From positions 448,001 through 512,000 of the forward strand of contig CAVTRY010000013.1 of the NCBI GenBank assembly GCA_963737265.1: a stretch of DNA of 64,000 nucleotides, given 5' to 3'. The stretch comes from an uncultured delta proteobacterium. GTDB taxonomy: Bacteria > Myxococcota_A > Polyangia > Fen-1088. The notes beneath the pieces were generated by a model. That model made no database searches, was not told where the DNA came from, and was given only the letters and a program-made list of their open reading frames with translations. Numbering within the stretch: the stretch's first letter is position 1; each line of letters begins with the position of its first letter. The translations under genes were made by a program, and so were the position numbers. Shown one piece after another: positions 52,236 through 61,485 of this stretch.

Positions 52236-54139
52236 GCGAGGTGGCTGGCTCCTGTGTCGATGGGAAACGTGATCCAGAACGTGGCTCCGCTGCCAGCTTC
52301 GCTTTCAACTCGGATGTTGCCGCCGTGGTCTTCGATGATCTTGTGGACCACGGAAAGACCGATGCCGGTGTCGGTTCGATGTGTCTTGGTCGTGAAGAAC
52401 GGGTCGAAGATGCGAGGGAGGTGGTCGGAGCTTATGCCCCGTCCCGTGTCCGAGAAGCGGAGGCGCAGCAGTTTTCGTTCCGGCAGCGTGGTTTCGAGGG
52501 TCAGGGTGCCGCCGCCCTCCATGGCCGCGACCGCGTTTTGAATCAGTTGGATGAACGCGGCTTGCAGCTGCAAAGCGTTGCCGCGCACGGGTGGGCTGGT
52601 GCTGGCCACGCGCTTAACGACCTGGATCTTCGCATCGGCCAAATTCTGTGCTCCGCAAAGTTCGAGCGCATCGTCGATGATGGCCGCGAGATTGAGGATC
52701 CGAAAATCTTCGCCTCCCTGGCGCTGCGAGAAGCGGAGCAGGTTGGCGACGATGCCCTGGATGCGCAGCGCCTGCTCCTCGATATCCTGTATCATCGCAT
52801 AGGCAGGATGATCGGGGTCCAGGTCGGCTAACGTGAGTTGAGCCAACCCGAGTACGCCGGTGAGCGGATTGTTGATTTCGTGGGCGACGCCAGCCCCGAG
52901 CGAACCGATGGCGGCCAGCGAGCGCGAGCGCAGGAGGAGATCCTGGGCTTCGCGCAGTTCCTTGGTTTTGTCCGCAACCCGTCCTTCCAGGTTTTCGTTC
53001 CACGCCATGATCTGCTTGGTTTGTTGCGTGATTTCCATGCGGGCGGCATCGAGCGAGCTGGCCATGGCGTTGAACGACTTGGCCAGCTCGCCGAGCTCGT
53101 CGTCGGACGAAACGTCGAGACGCATGTCGAGCTTGCCACGGGCGATGTCGTGCGATCCGCGCAGCAGAGAGCCGACACGGGTGGACAGCGAGCGGGCCAG
53201 TGCGGCACCGACCACCGCTGCCACGAAAGCGGCCACTCCGACCCAGTAGGCCGTGGTCCAGGTAAGGCGTCGTGCCGGGCGCAACGCTTCTTCGAGCCAG
53301 CGCTCAACCACCACGCCCAGCATGAACGCGGGGACGGGTACGTAGGCTCCGATGACGGGATGACCGTTGCTTTCGTATTCGGCAACGAACCAGTCGTTCG
53401 GTAGGCGGTCGGTGGCACCGTGGGCAAAGCGTTTATGTTCCAGCGATGGCGGACCGACAGAGCGACCGGCCACGATGACGCGCCCCTCGCGATCGAGGAG
53501 AAGAATATCCCGGTCGTTGGTGGACAGGGTGGCGAGGTGGTCGGCAGCACGGCGCAAGGATACGGCGGCGGCGATGATGCGCGTTCCATTCTCGCCCGGT
53601 CCGTCGTAGCGCACGGCTAGCGTCACATGCGGCGTGCGCGAGCTGCCGGCGATCAAAATGGGACCGACCGCGCCCCCATCGCGCAAAACCTGTTCGACGG
53701 GAACGAGTGAGGGCAGCTTTGCCGCCTCCTCCGCCTGGACGATTTCGTGATCACCGTAGGAATCGTTGCGCGGAGCCACGGATTGGAAAGCCGACGGCAC
53801 CACGAGATTGCCCGATGGATCGAGCATGGCGACGACGCTGAAGTCGTCGCTTTGGTGGTAGACGAGTTGGAGGAACTTGCGCAGGGCCTCGTCGCTCGGC
53901 AGGCTATCGCCGACGCGGGTCAGGTCGAGGATGCGCGTCTCCACCGCCATCGTGGCGCGCAAGTTCGCGAGTTGGCTCGACACGTACTCCGAGATCTGGC
54001 GGGCCAACAAAACTTCGTGGCCTTCGATGGAGTCGCGCAGGGCGGCCCGGCTGACGCGAATCGAGGAGTAACCGGCGATAGCGAGCGGCACGGCAGCGAC
54101 GCCGATGGAGAGAAGGGCGAATTTGGGCAGAAGTCTCAT
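52232..54139 (-). CDS. Cache/HAMP sensor histidine kinase
   Basis: Two TMs, HAMP DELGELAKSFNAM, AGVAHEINNPL, FDPFFTTK, TGIGLS. Confidence 0.95.
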   Translation of the reverse strand: MRLLPKFALLSIGVAAVPLAIAGYSSIRVSRAALRDSIEGHEVLLARQISEYVSSQLANLRATMAVETRILDLTRVGDSLPSDEALRKFLQLVYHQSDDFSVVAMLDPSGNLVVPSAFQSVAPRNDSYGDHEIVQAEEAAKLPSLVPVEQVLRDGGAVGPILIAGSSRTPHVTLAVRYDGPGENGTRIIAAAVSLRRAADHLATLSTNDRDILLLDREGRVIVAGRSVGPPSLEHKRFAHGATDRLPNDWFVAEYESNGHPVIGAYVPVPAFMLGVVVERWLEEALRPARRLTWTTAYWVGVAAFVAAVVGAALARSLSTRVGSLLRGSHDIARGKLDMRLDVSSDDELGELAKSFNAMASSLDAARMEITQQTKQIMAWNENLEGRVADKTKELREAQDLLLRSRSLAAIGSLGAGVAHEINNPLTGVLGLAQLTLADLDPDHPAYAMIQDIEEQALRIQGIVANLLRFSQRQGGEDFRILNLAAIIDDALELCGAQNLADAKIQVVKRVASTSPPVRGNALQLQAAFIQLIQNAVAAMEGGGTLTLETTLPERKLLRLRFSDTGRGISSDHLPRIFDPFFTTKTHRTDTGIGLSVVHKIIEDHGGNIRVESEAGSGATFWITFPIDTGASHLA

Positions 54140-55389
54140 GGCGAGCTCCAGGAAAAGCCGTCCGGCAGTGAGCTCCAGCCCAGCTCCCCGTCGACGGCCC
54201 AGACCGAGGTTGGCCCGGTTCCGAGTGGAGAAAATCCGCTTATGGACCCATCGCTTGCGAAGCTCGATTCCTGCAGGGGAACCGCGCTGTCCAGGGTCAA
54301 TCCAAAGTAGATTTGGGTTTGAATGGTGAAATTAAGTCCGGTGACGGTCACCGGCGTTCCGCCAGTGGGCTCTCCCGTGTTCGGCCTGATGGCAAGGATG
54401 GTTGGCGGCGGCAGGTAGGAAAACGTCACGGGCGGTGTTGTGCCGATGGGCGTGTGGACGACCAACTCGGCTTCGCCCACGTCGTGAGCGGGGACATATC
54501 CACTCAGTGTGTTGGGGTCGACGACGTTCCCGCCGTCGAGGAACAGTTTCACCCCATCGATCGTTGCCCAGCTGCCGGTAAGAAAGCCGCTTCCCTTGAT
54601 GACGACATCGGTGCCACCGGCCGTGCCACCGCTGGCGGGCGAAATCGAAACGACAGATGGCCTGGCGAACAGCACGAATGGAAGGTTCTTGGTCTGCGTG
54701 TTGTTCGCCTCGTCTGTCGCTTTGGCGGTGATCCTTATTTTCGACCCTGGGGTCAGGTCCGGGCTGACCGTGACCGCGAAGGAACAGTCGGCTTCTGAGG
54801 CGTCGAGTGGAATGGTGCAGGGCGAACCGGTGATGAGGAGGTCGTTTTCATAGTAGCTCCAGTCCATTTCAAAGAGCGTTCCCGGCGGGGCGTCGGCGGC
54901 TTGAAAGCTTCCATTCAAGGGCATGCCCGCTGCGAACGGCGCATCCGCGGCCGGGGCAAGAAACGCAATCGTTGGAGCGCTGTCATCAGGGCCGAGCTCG
55001 CGGAATTTGTTTGCTAGCCAGGCTGTCCCCCCTCGTGGGTCGGTGAGTTGCACGTCGAGGAGGCCGGGCAAAAAGACCTGCGCCGAGCTGCCTGGCAGGA
55101 GACCATCGATCCGCTCCGTCGACTGCCACTGCAGGTTGGTCAGTTGTGCCCATGTCGCCCCGGTTCCGACCTGCACCGCAAAGCCGTCGCGAACGGCAAT
55201 CCGTTGTCCCGATCCTGGATCGAGCTCGGTGGTCGGTACGAAACCGCTGCCTACCAAGGTCAGGTGGACATCGACATCGCTGTAGGCTTGGCCGGGCTCG
55301 ACGTCGGTAATGTTCGGTTGCGGCTGCAGGTCGTTACACCCGCCGAGGAAACCGGCGAACAGGGAAAAGCAGGCCCACGGAAACCGCAT
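54136..55389 (-). CDS. IPT/TIG-domain lipoprotein
   Basis: Lipobox LGGC; repeats SISPASGGTAGGTDVVIKGSGF and IRPNTGEPTGGTPVTVTGLNF. Confidence 0.82.
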   Translation of the reverse strand: MRFPWACFSLFAGFLGGCNDLQPQPNITDVEPGQAYSDVDVHLTLVGSGFVPTTELDPGSGQRIAVRDGFAVQVGTGATWAQLTNLQWQSTERIDGLLPGSSAQVFLPGLLDVQLTDPRGGTAWLANKFRELGPDDSAPTIAFLAPAADAPFAAGMPLNGSFQAADAPPGTLFEMDWSYYENDLLITGSPCTIPLDASEADCSFAVTVSPDLTPGSKIRITAKATDEANNTQTKNLPFVLFARPSVVSISPASGGTAGGTDVVIKGSGFLTGSWATIDGVKLFLDGGNVVDPNTLSGYVPAHDVGEAELVVHTPIGTTPPVTFSYLPPPTILAIRPNTGEPTGGTPVTVTGLNFTIQTQIYFGLTLDSAVPLQESSFASDGSISGFSPLGTGPTSVWAVDGELGWSSLPDGFSWSSP

Positions 55390-55475
55390 CGCGCGCTATC
55401 TTAAACCCGACGGACGCATCGCGAAGGATCTTCCTCCTGTTGACTCTTGCGTCTCCGCCTGGAAGATTTCACGCA

Positions 55476-55718
55476 ATGTCAGATTACGCAACGATTCGCG
55501 ACATGGTCAGCCATCGTGTCACCTTCGAGTTCGACTCGGGTGCGAAAATCGTCGGCTATGTCGCTGCCTGTGCGCCGACGGAAGGAACGGTCGAATATGC
55601 CGTGCTTTCCAAGGCAGAAATCCTCGATTCGAAGAATCGCGTCGTGGCTCGCTTCGACGAGCTGCCGGTCGTGCCCAACAGCCTGGTCAGCTTCGCGGTG
55701 ACCGAAGGCCCGCTTTAG
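55476..55718 (+). CDS. Small hypothetical protein, possible Sm/LSm-like fold
   Basis: 80 aa, beta-rich, RVTFEFDSGAKIVGYV; ends 4 bp before acyP. Confidence 0.65.
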   Translation: MSDYATIRDMVSHRVTFEFDSGAKIVGYVAACAPTEGTVEYAVLSKAEILDSKNRVVARFDELPVVPNSLVSFAVTEGPL

Positions 55719-55722
55719 TCGA

Positions 55723-56025
55723 GTGTCCTCGGACGAACCCCTGCTCGAACGCCGCTTGCACGCGCTGGTGCGCGGTCGCGTGCAAGGGGTGGGCTATCGC
55801 GCGACCACCCTCGACGAGGCGAGGCGGCTCGGCCTGGCGGGCTGGGTTCGTAATCGCGTCGACGGCAGCGTCGAGGTGCTTGCCGAGGGCGTGGAGGCCA
55901 AGCTCAACCTCTTGCTGGCCTACCTGCGCCGCGGTCCGCCGGGCGCTCACGTAACCTCCGTCGCGGAGGACTGGTCCCTGGCGCAGGGGGCGCCGATGCC
56001 ATTTCAATTCAAGCGGACGGAGTAG
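55723..56025 (+). CDS. acyP: Acylphosphatase
   Basis: GRVQGVGYR, GWVRNRVDGSVE, GPPGAHV. Confidence 0.95.
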   Translation: MSSDEPLLERRLHALVRGRVQGVGYRATTLDEARRLGLAGWVRNRVDGSVEVLAEGVEAKLNLLLAYLRRGPPGAHVTSVAEDWSLAQGAPMPFQFKRTE

Positions 56026-56114
56026 ATGCCAGGATGACGTTGCCGATCGCAGAACGTGTAGCCGACCCGCCGCGCAGATGGATCGGCGCCATGCGCCCGT
56101 TGTATAAGGGCACC

Positions 56115-56288
56115 ATGCCCCTCGACGCCAAGCTGCTTGACATTATTGCCTGTCCCAAATGCAAGGGCAGGCTCGAAATAAAACCAGACGAAAGCGCACT
56201 CCTTTGTCGCGCCTGCCGGCTAGCCTATCCCGTGGTCGACGAAATTCCGAATCTCATCAGGGAAGAGGCGCTGCCGCTCGAGGAATGA
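56115..56288 (+). CDS. Trm112/YcaR-family protein
   Basis: LLDIIACPKCKG...CRACRLAYPVVDEIP. Confidence 0.9.
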   Translation: MPLDAKLLDIIACPKCKGRLEIKPDESALLCRACRLAYPVVDEIPNLIREEALPLEE

Positions 56289-56349
56289 GGAGAAGGCGGA
56301 GAAGGCAAGAAAACTTGCGGTGTGGCTCGCATCTTCTTACCATGCCCGC

Positions 56350-56697
56350 ATGCAGGTTGAGCGCCGCCGGGCCGAACGAGATCGTCGCGAGTGCGGTCGG
56401 GTGCCAGTCGTATTGGCGGTTCGCAACACGGTCGGCGGCCGGTTTCATCTAGGGCAATCCGAGGACATTGGACCGGCGGGAATCACCTTGCGCCGACCGC
56501 GCGATCTGCCGGTGCTTCCCGAGACGCCGATTTCCCTGACCTTCGATCTGCCCGGCTTGCGAAAGTCGATCGATGTGGCCGGGCTCGTGGTCACGGATCG
56601 GCGTCGTGGCGGCTTTCGTCGCACCGGCGTTCGCTTCGTGCGGCAGTCTTCCGAGCAAGTTGCCCTTCTGTCCGAGTTCTGTCGCCGCAAGACCTGA
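56350..56697 (+). CDS. PilZ-domain protein
   Basis: DRRECGR (RxxxR), DIGPAG (DxSxxG-like), GVRF. Confidence 0.75.
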   Translation: MQVERRRAERDRRECGRVPVVLAVRNTVGGRFHLGQSEDIGPAGITLRRPRDLPVLPETPISLTFDLPGLRKSIDVAGLVVTDRRRGGFRRTGVRFVRQSSEQVALLSEFCRRKT

Positions 56698-56896
56698 TCT
56701 ACTACCAATATTGACTATCCATAGGGCGCCCTGGTGGTTTAGAAATATTGGCCGTCCGGGCAGCCAGCTCGGACGGGCGCGGGTAGGAGGACACACGCAG
56801 AAGCGAGTTCATGGCCCGTATCGGTTGACTATCATGAAACGAAGCGGGCGGGCTGCGCAGCCGGACGGGCGACGGGAGCGATTGATGGACACGTCT

Positions 56897-58420
56897 TCAG
56901 ATCTCCTCGATGAGAATCTCGCGCTTGCGGCTGGAGCGGCGCTGGACGGGTTCCGCGATGAGACGGGACACGCCCCAGGCCGAGACGAACTGACCCTCGC
57001 GTCCGAGCCCGGGCAGGTTCTCGTTGCTGGCGAGATAGACGTTCTTGAGTCCCGTGGTGTGGGACGCGCCACCCAGACCAAGCACGCGCTGCACATCGCA
57101 GCTGAGCGCCGGGGTCATGGGCACGGGCGGGATTCCCCGCAGGCGGCCACGCTGCGCCGGCTCGCCACGCGCGACCGGGCCAAGCTCTGGCGGTAAGCCA
57201 TCGTGGGGCGAGGCCATGACGAACAGGTGCTGGTCGAAGAAGGGCATGATGCGCATGATTTCCTCGCGCAGGCGCGCGCGCACGACCGAGAGATATCCCA
57301 GGCCCTCGCTGGCCGATGCGGACACCAGACACTCGACCCAGATCGGAAGCTGATTGGGCTGGCGGGGCGGCGGCACGCCAACCGTAATGCTGATGGCGTT
57401 TTCCTCCAGATTTGGCTTGGCTGGGTCGCGCACGGCGATCACGTGCGGGCCCATGCCTTCGGGCAAGGCTTCGGGGCGGGTGAGCAGACACAAGGTATAG
57501 CGAAAACAGGCGGGGCGAATGGCCGCGGCGGTTTCGCGCAGGCGGCGCGGGGCCTCGCTTCCCGCCAAGGCAAGTAGCGAGGACGCGGAGCCGGCCCAGA
57601 TCAGTCGGCCGAAGCCAATGGTTTCATTGCGCGGGCGCACCCGCAGTCCGTTGAGATTTCCGCGCCGCCACACGAGCTCGGTTGGCACGACGTGCTCGCG
57701 AATTTCTCCGGAAAACGTGCCGATCTTATCGAGAAACAGGGCGCGCAGGTCCGCGTCGGTCCCGAGGCGATGAAAGCCCCGCCGCGCGACATCGTAGGCG
57801 CGTGCCTGCACGAGGCCGCCAATGTCGGCTGGGGAAAATCCGCTCGCCAGCGCCCCCAGCGCGGCGATTCCGGAACGCATGGGATGGTAGGGGCCGAGCG
57901 GTGCGAGAAGGTCGGTGCCCGAAGCAGGAAGCTGCGCCTGAACTCGCGTCACATCACGACGCTCCCAGAAACCCTGCGGCGGCAGGGTCATGTCGGAGCC
58001 AAGCAACGGATCGACCAGTGCGCTGGTGCTGCGCAAGCGCGCCAACGCGGCTTCGATGGTCACGTGATCGTCGGGAAATTCGCGCTTCAGCTCGGCGCTG
58101 ATTGCCTCGACCGTGGACGAAAACTCGACCCGCTGTCGGGGAAAAACGAACTGAAGCGACGGCTGTGTTTGCGGGGCGCGTCGCCGCACGATTTGCGCGT
58201 GCCCGAGCTCGCGCAGTACGCGCGCCACCGGTTCAGAATCGGGCGGCGGCAGCGTGCCGGGTTCGTGCGCCAGCGTGTACGGTCCCGCCTGGAAGGTCGA
58301 GGGAACGATGTCGTGGCCGCACAGCAGCACGCGCAGCCCGCGCCGACCGAGCAGACTGGCGCTGATGAGGCCAGCGAGCTCTGAGCCGTACACGACGACA
58401 TCGAAGTAGTTGGTATCCAC
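56897..58420 (-). CDS. FAD/NAD(P)-binding oxidoreductase-like protein (phytoene dehydrogenase-like fold)
   Basis: FDVVVYGSELAGLISASLLGRRGLRVL degenerate Rossmann motif; C-terminal LKNVYLAS...PGLG. Confidence 0.7.
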   Translation of the reverse strand: MDTNYFDVVVYGSELAGLISASLLGRRGLRVLLCGHDIVPSTFQAGPYTLAHEPGTLPPPDSEPVARVLRELGHAQIVRRRAPQTQPSLQFVFPRQRVEFSSTVEAISAELKREFPDDHVTIEAALARLRSTSALVDPLLGSDMTLPPQGFWERRDVTRVQAQLPASGTDLLAPLGPYHPMRSGIAALGALASGFSPADIGGLVQARAYDVARRGFHRLGTDADLRALFLDKIGTFSGEIREHVVPTELVWRRGNLNGLRVRPRNETIGFGRLIWAGSASSLLALAGSEAPRRLRETAAAIRPACFRYTLCLLTRPEALPEGMGPHVIAVRDPAKPNLEENAISITVGVPPPRQPNQLPIWVECLVSASASEGLGYLSVVRARLREEIMRIMPFFDQHLFVMASPHDGLPPELGPVARGEPAQRGRLRGIPPVPMTPALSCDVQRVLGLGGASHTTGLKNVYLASNENLPGLGREGQFVSAWGVSRLIAEPVQRRSSRKREILIEEI

Positions 58421-58545
58421 GGCGGCGCCCAGTCTCCGGGACCGGGGTGGATGCAGTCAACAGGCAAGTGTTTGCAGGGCGTGGGTGATGGTTGACAGCG
58501 CGGCCCCGACAGTTGAAATTGGCCATCCCTGCCCCGGCAGGTCAC

Positions 58546-59412
58546 ATGGCCTGGTACAAACGAAGTAAAAAGGTAGTCGACGAACCGCAGGTAGAAAAGC
58601 GCAGCATTCCCGCCGGCGTATTCACCAAGTGTCCAAGTTGCGGCGAAGCGCTGCTCACCGCGGACGTGCACAAGAATCTCGACGTGTGTCTGTCCTGCGA
58701 CCATCATTTCGCCATGGCGACGCGCGATCGCATCGCGATGATTATGGACGAAGGCAGCTCGGTCGAATTCGATCGCGGCGTGGAAAGCCTCGACCCGCTT
58801 GGTTTTCGCGATTCCAAGCGCTACGTCGACCGCCTGAAGTCGTCGCGCAAGTCGAGCGGCGAGACCGAGGCGCTGATCGCCTTGGCAGGACGCATCGAGG
58901 GCGTCGAGGTCGAAGTCGGATTCTTCGTGTTCGAGTTCATGGGCGGATCCATGGGCTCCGTCGTCGGCGAGAAGATCACGCGCGTGCTCGAACGCGCACT
59001 CAAGCGGCGGGTGCCCGCGCTCATTTTCGCGGCGTCGGGCGGGGCGCGCATGCAGGAAGGCATTCTGTCGCTCATGCAGATGGCGAAGACCAGTGCGGCC
59101 ATCGGGCGCCTGCGCGAGGCTTCCGTGCCATTCCTATCCATCTTGCTTCACCCGACGACGGGCGGTGTGGCGGCTAGCTTCTCCATGCTGGGCGACCTGC
59201 ACATCGCCGAACCCAAGGCGCTGATCGGCTTCGCCGGGCCCAGGGTGATCCAGAACACCATGCGCCAGACCTTGCCGCCGGGATTTCAACGTTCCGAGTT
59301 CCTGCAAAGCCACGGATTCGTCGACATGATCGTGCCGCGCAAGGAGCTCAAAAGCACCATCGTCTTCACTCTGCGATGGTTTGGCGCCAGGCCGGGGCAG
59401 GGTCAAAACTGA
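58546..59412 (+). CDS. accD: Acetyl-CoA carboxylase carboxyltransferase beta
   Basis: KCPSC..CLSCDHH zinc finger, FMGGSMGSVVGEK, SGGARMQEG, PTTGGVAAS, GFAGPRVI. Confidence 0.97.
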   Translation: MAWYKRSKKVVDEPQVEKRSIPAGVFTKCPSCGEALLTADVHKNLDVCLSCDHHFAMATRDRIAMIMDEGSSVEFDRGVESLDPLGFRDSKRYVDRLKSSRKSSGETEALIALAGRIEGVEVEVGFFVFEFMGGSMGSVVGEKITRVLERALKRRVPALIFAASGGARMQEGILSLMQMAKTSAAIGRLREASVPFLSILLHPTTGGVAASFSMLGDLHIAEPKALIGFAGPRVIQNTMRQTLPPGFQRSEFLQSHGFVDMIVPRKELKSTIVFTLRWFGARPGQGQN

Positions 59413-59420
59413 GTCTTCTC

Positions 59421-60692
59421 ATGCAAGGCTCTGACAGCGGGCAAGGCGCGGGCTATCGTCGCTTTCTGGCCCGTCTGGAGCAGGTGCGTGGTCAGGGCAT
59501 GTCTTTGGGCCTCGATCGGGTTCGCCTGGCGCTCGAACGCCTGGGCTTTCCCGAAAGGCGAGCTCCAGCGGTGCATATCGCGGGCACCAACGGCAAGGGC
59601 TCCTGCGCGGCCATGACCGATTCCATCCTGCGCGCGGCCGGCTTTCGCACCGGCCTCTTCACCTCGCCGCATCTGACCCGATTCACCGAGCGTATTCGTA
59701 TCGACGGCCTGGAGATCGACGGCGACCATCTCGCCGCGCTCGACGAAGCCGTGGCCGGCACCGGGGTTCCGCTCACGTTCTTCGAGGTTTCGGCGGTGCT
59801 GGCGTTTCTGGCCTTTGCCGAAGCAAAGGTCGACGTGGCTGTTCTCGAAACCGGGCTCGGCGGTCGCCTGGACGCGACCAGCGTTTGCCACCCGTCGGTT
59901 TGCGCCATCACGAGCATCGCGCTCGATCACGAAGCCATCCTGGGCAACAGTATTTCCGCGATTGCCTTCGAGAAGGCCAGTATCGCCAAAGCTGGCGTTC
60001 CGCTTTTTCTCGGCCCGCTGTCGCCGGAGGCCGATGCTCGTGTCGCCGAGGTTGCTGCATCCCTTGGCGCTCCGGTCCGGCGTGCCGGCGTCGATTATCC
60101 ACCGGCACCGGCGGCTCCGGCTCTACCCGGCGCGCACCAACGCGCGAACGCCGGCCTGGCGGTGGTGATCGCGCGCCAGGCCGCTGCCGCCCTCGGCCGG
60201 CCGATCAACGACGGCGACGTCTTGCGCGGGCTCGCTGGCGTACGCTGGCCGGGTAGGCTTGAGCGCATTGCGGAGGATGTGCTGCTCGATTGTGCGCACA
60301 ACGTGGAAGGCAGCCTGGCGCTCGTCGCTGCGCTGCCGGCGTCCCGTCGGCGGGTCCTCGTCACGTCCATCGTGCGCGACAAGAATGCCGCCGGCATGCT
60401 GTCGATTCTGGGCCCCGAATTCGATCGGGTCGTCATTACCCGTTCGCAAAGCGATCGCGCCCAGGATCCGCAACGCTTGGCGGACGTCGTACCGCGGACC
60501 AGGACAGGCGAAAGAGAAGTTGTCTGCATCGAAGATCCGGTCGGCGCCCTCACGCACGCGCGCGCCTTCGCGAGCGCTGTTGCCGGAGGTCTTGTCGTAG
60601 TTGCCGGATCGATCTTCCTCGTGGGCGCCCTGCGTGCGCACCTGCTCGGCGAGCTCCAAGGCGTTGCGGACGCCTCGGATCCCTTGCCGTGA
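59421..60692 (+). CDS. folC: Folylpolyglutamate synthase/dihydrofolate synthase
   Basis: HIAGTNGKGS, FTSPHL, ETGLGGRLDAT, WPGRLE, DCAHN. Confidence 0.96.
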   Translation: MQGSDSGQGAGYRRFLARLEQVRGQGMSLGLDRVRLALERLGFPERRAPAVHIAGTNGKGSCAAMTDSILRAAGFRTGLFTSPHLTRFTERIRIDGLEIDGDHLAALDEAVAGTGVPLTFFEVSAVLAFLAFAEAKVDVAVLETGLGGRLDATSVCHPSVCAITSIALDHEAILGNSISAIAFEKASIAKAGVPLFLGPLSPEADARVAEVAASLGAPVRRAGVDYPPAPAAPALPGAHQRANAGLAVVIARQAAAALGRPINDGDVLRGLAGVRWPGRLERIAEDVLLDCAHNVEGSLALVAALPASRRRVLVTSIVRDKNAAGMLSILGPEFDRVVITRSQSDRAQDPQRLADVVPRTRTGEREVVCIEDPVGALTHARAFASAVAGGLVVVAGSIFLVGALRAHLLGELQGVADASDPLP

Positions 60693-60756
60693 CCCGGTGT
60701 CCCATTTGCCACAACCTCGAAACGGGGCTTATGATGGGGGTTGGGGTAACGGCAAA

Positions 60757-61452
60757 GTGCGTGCGACGATTCGTCTCCTAGGCAGAGCAGTCCTTGTGTT
60801 CGTGGTCGTGGTTGGTGCCTTGTCGCGACCGGCGGCGGCGGCGGCGGAGTCGGTGTCGCCGCTCGAACGCAGTATGAACGCCGTGCCTCGCGCGGCAGGC
60901 AGCGAGAAGTACGACGGGGTGGTGCCCGGTCCGAACGCCAAGAATCCCTTGCCATCAGCGCCGGCCAACGGTCCCTATCTGGTGTGGACGGGATTCCAGA
61001 TGACGGCCGCTGGTTCGCGCGTCTTTCTCCAGACGACCCAGTCCGTACAGGTTGACGTCAACGACGGGCGCGCGACGAAATCGGGAAAATCTACCCTGCA
61101 GATCACGTTACGCGGCTGTCGAATTCACATGGCCAACAACCGGCGCAAGATCGACACCCGCTACTTCGCTACGCCTGTGTCCAATGTCTCAGCGCGCCAG
61201 AAGCGCGGCGACGTCGAGGTTCGCATAGGTCTGCGCGAGGCCGTGAGCGTCGTTCCCCGCAACGAGGCGGGGCCTGATGGCAGCCAATTCCTCGTGTTGG
61301 ATTTTCCACCCGGGAAAGCCATGCCCGAGCCGGCTTCCGCGCGCGATGTGGCCGCGGGTCAAGGGGATTCGGATTTCACCCGAGATCAAGACTCGCATGC
61401 CGATGGTCTTCCGCGGAAAGGCAAGAAGAGCGCGTCGAAGGCTGCTCGGTAG
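60757..61452 (+). CDS. Secreted hypothetical protein (AMIN-like domain possible)
   Basis: Signal peptide, WTGFQ...SRVFLQT, NNRRKIDTRYFATPV; start uncertain. Confidence 0.55.
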   Translation: MRATIRLLGRAVLVFVVVVGALSRPAAAAAESVSPLERSMNAVPRAAGSEKYDGVVPGPNAKNPLPSAPANGPYLVWTGFQMTAAGSRVFLQTTQSVQVDVNDGRATKSGKSTLQITLRGCRIHMANNRRKIDTRYFATPVSNVSARQKRGDVEVRIGLREAVSVVPRNEAGPDGSQFLVLDFPPGKAMPEPASARDVAAGQGDSDFTRDQDSHADGLPRKGKKSASKAAR

Positions 61453-61485
61453 CGATTTTCGCAGCGACAAGGAGAGCACAGTCAT

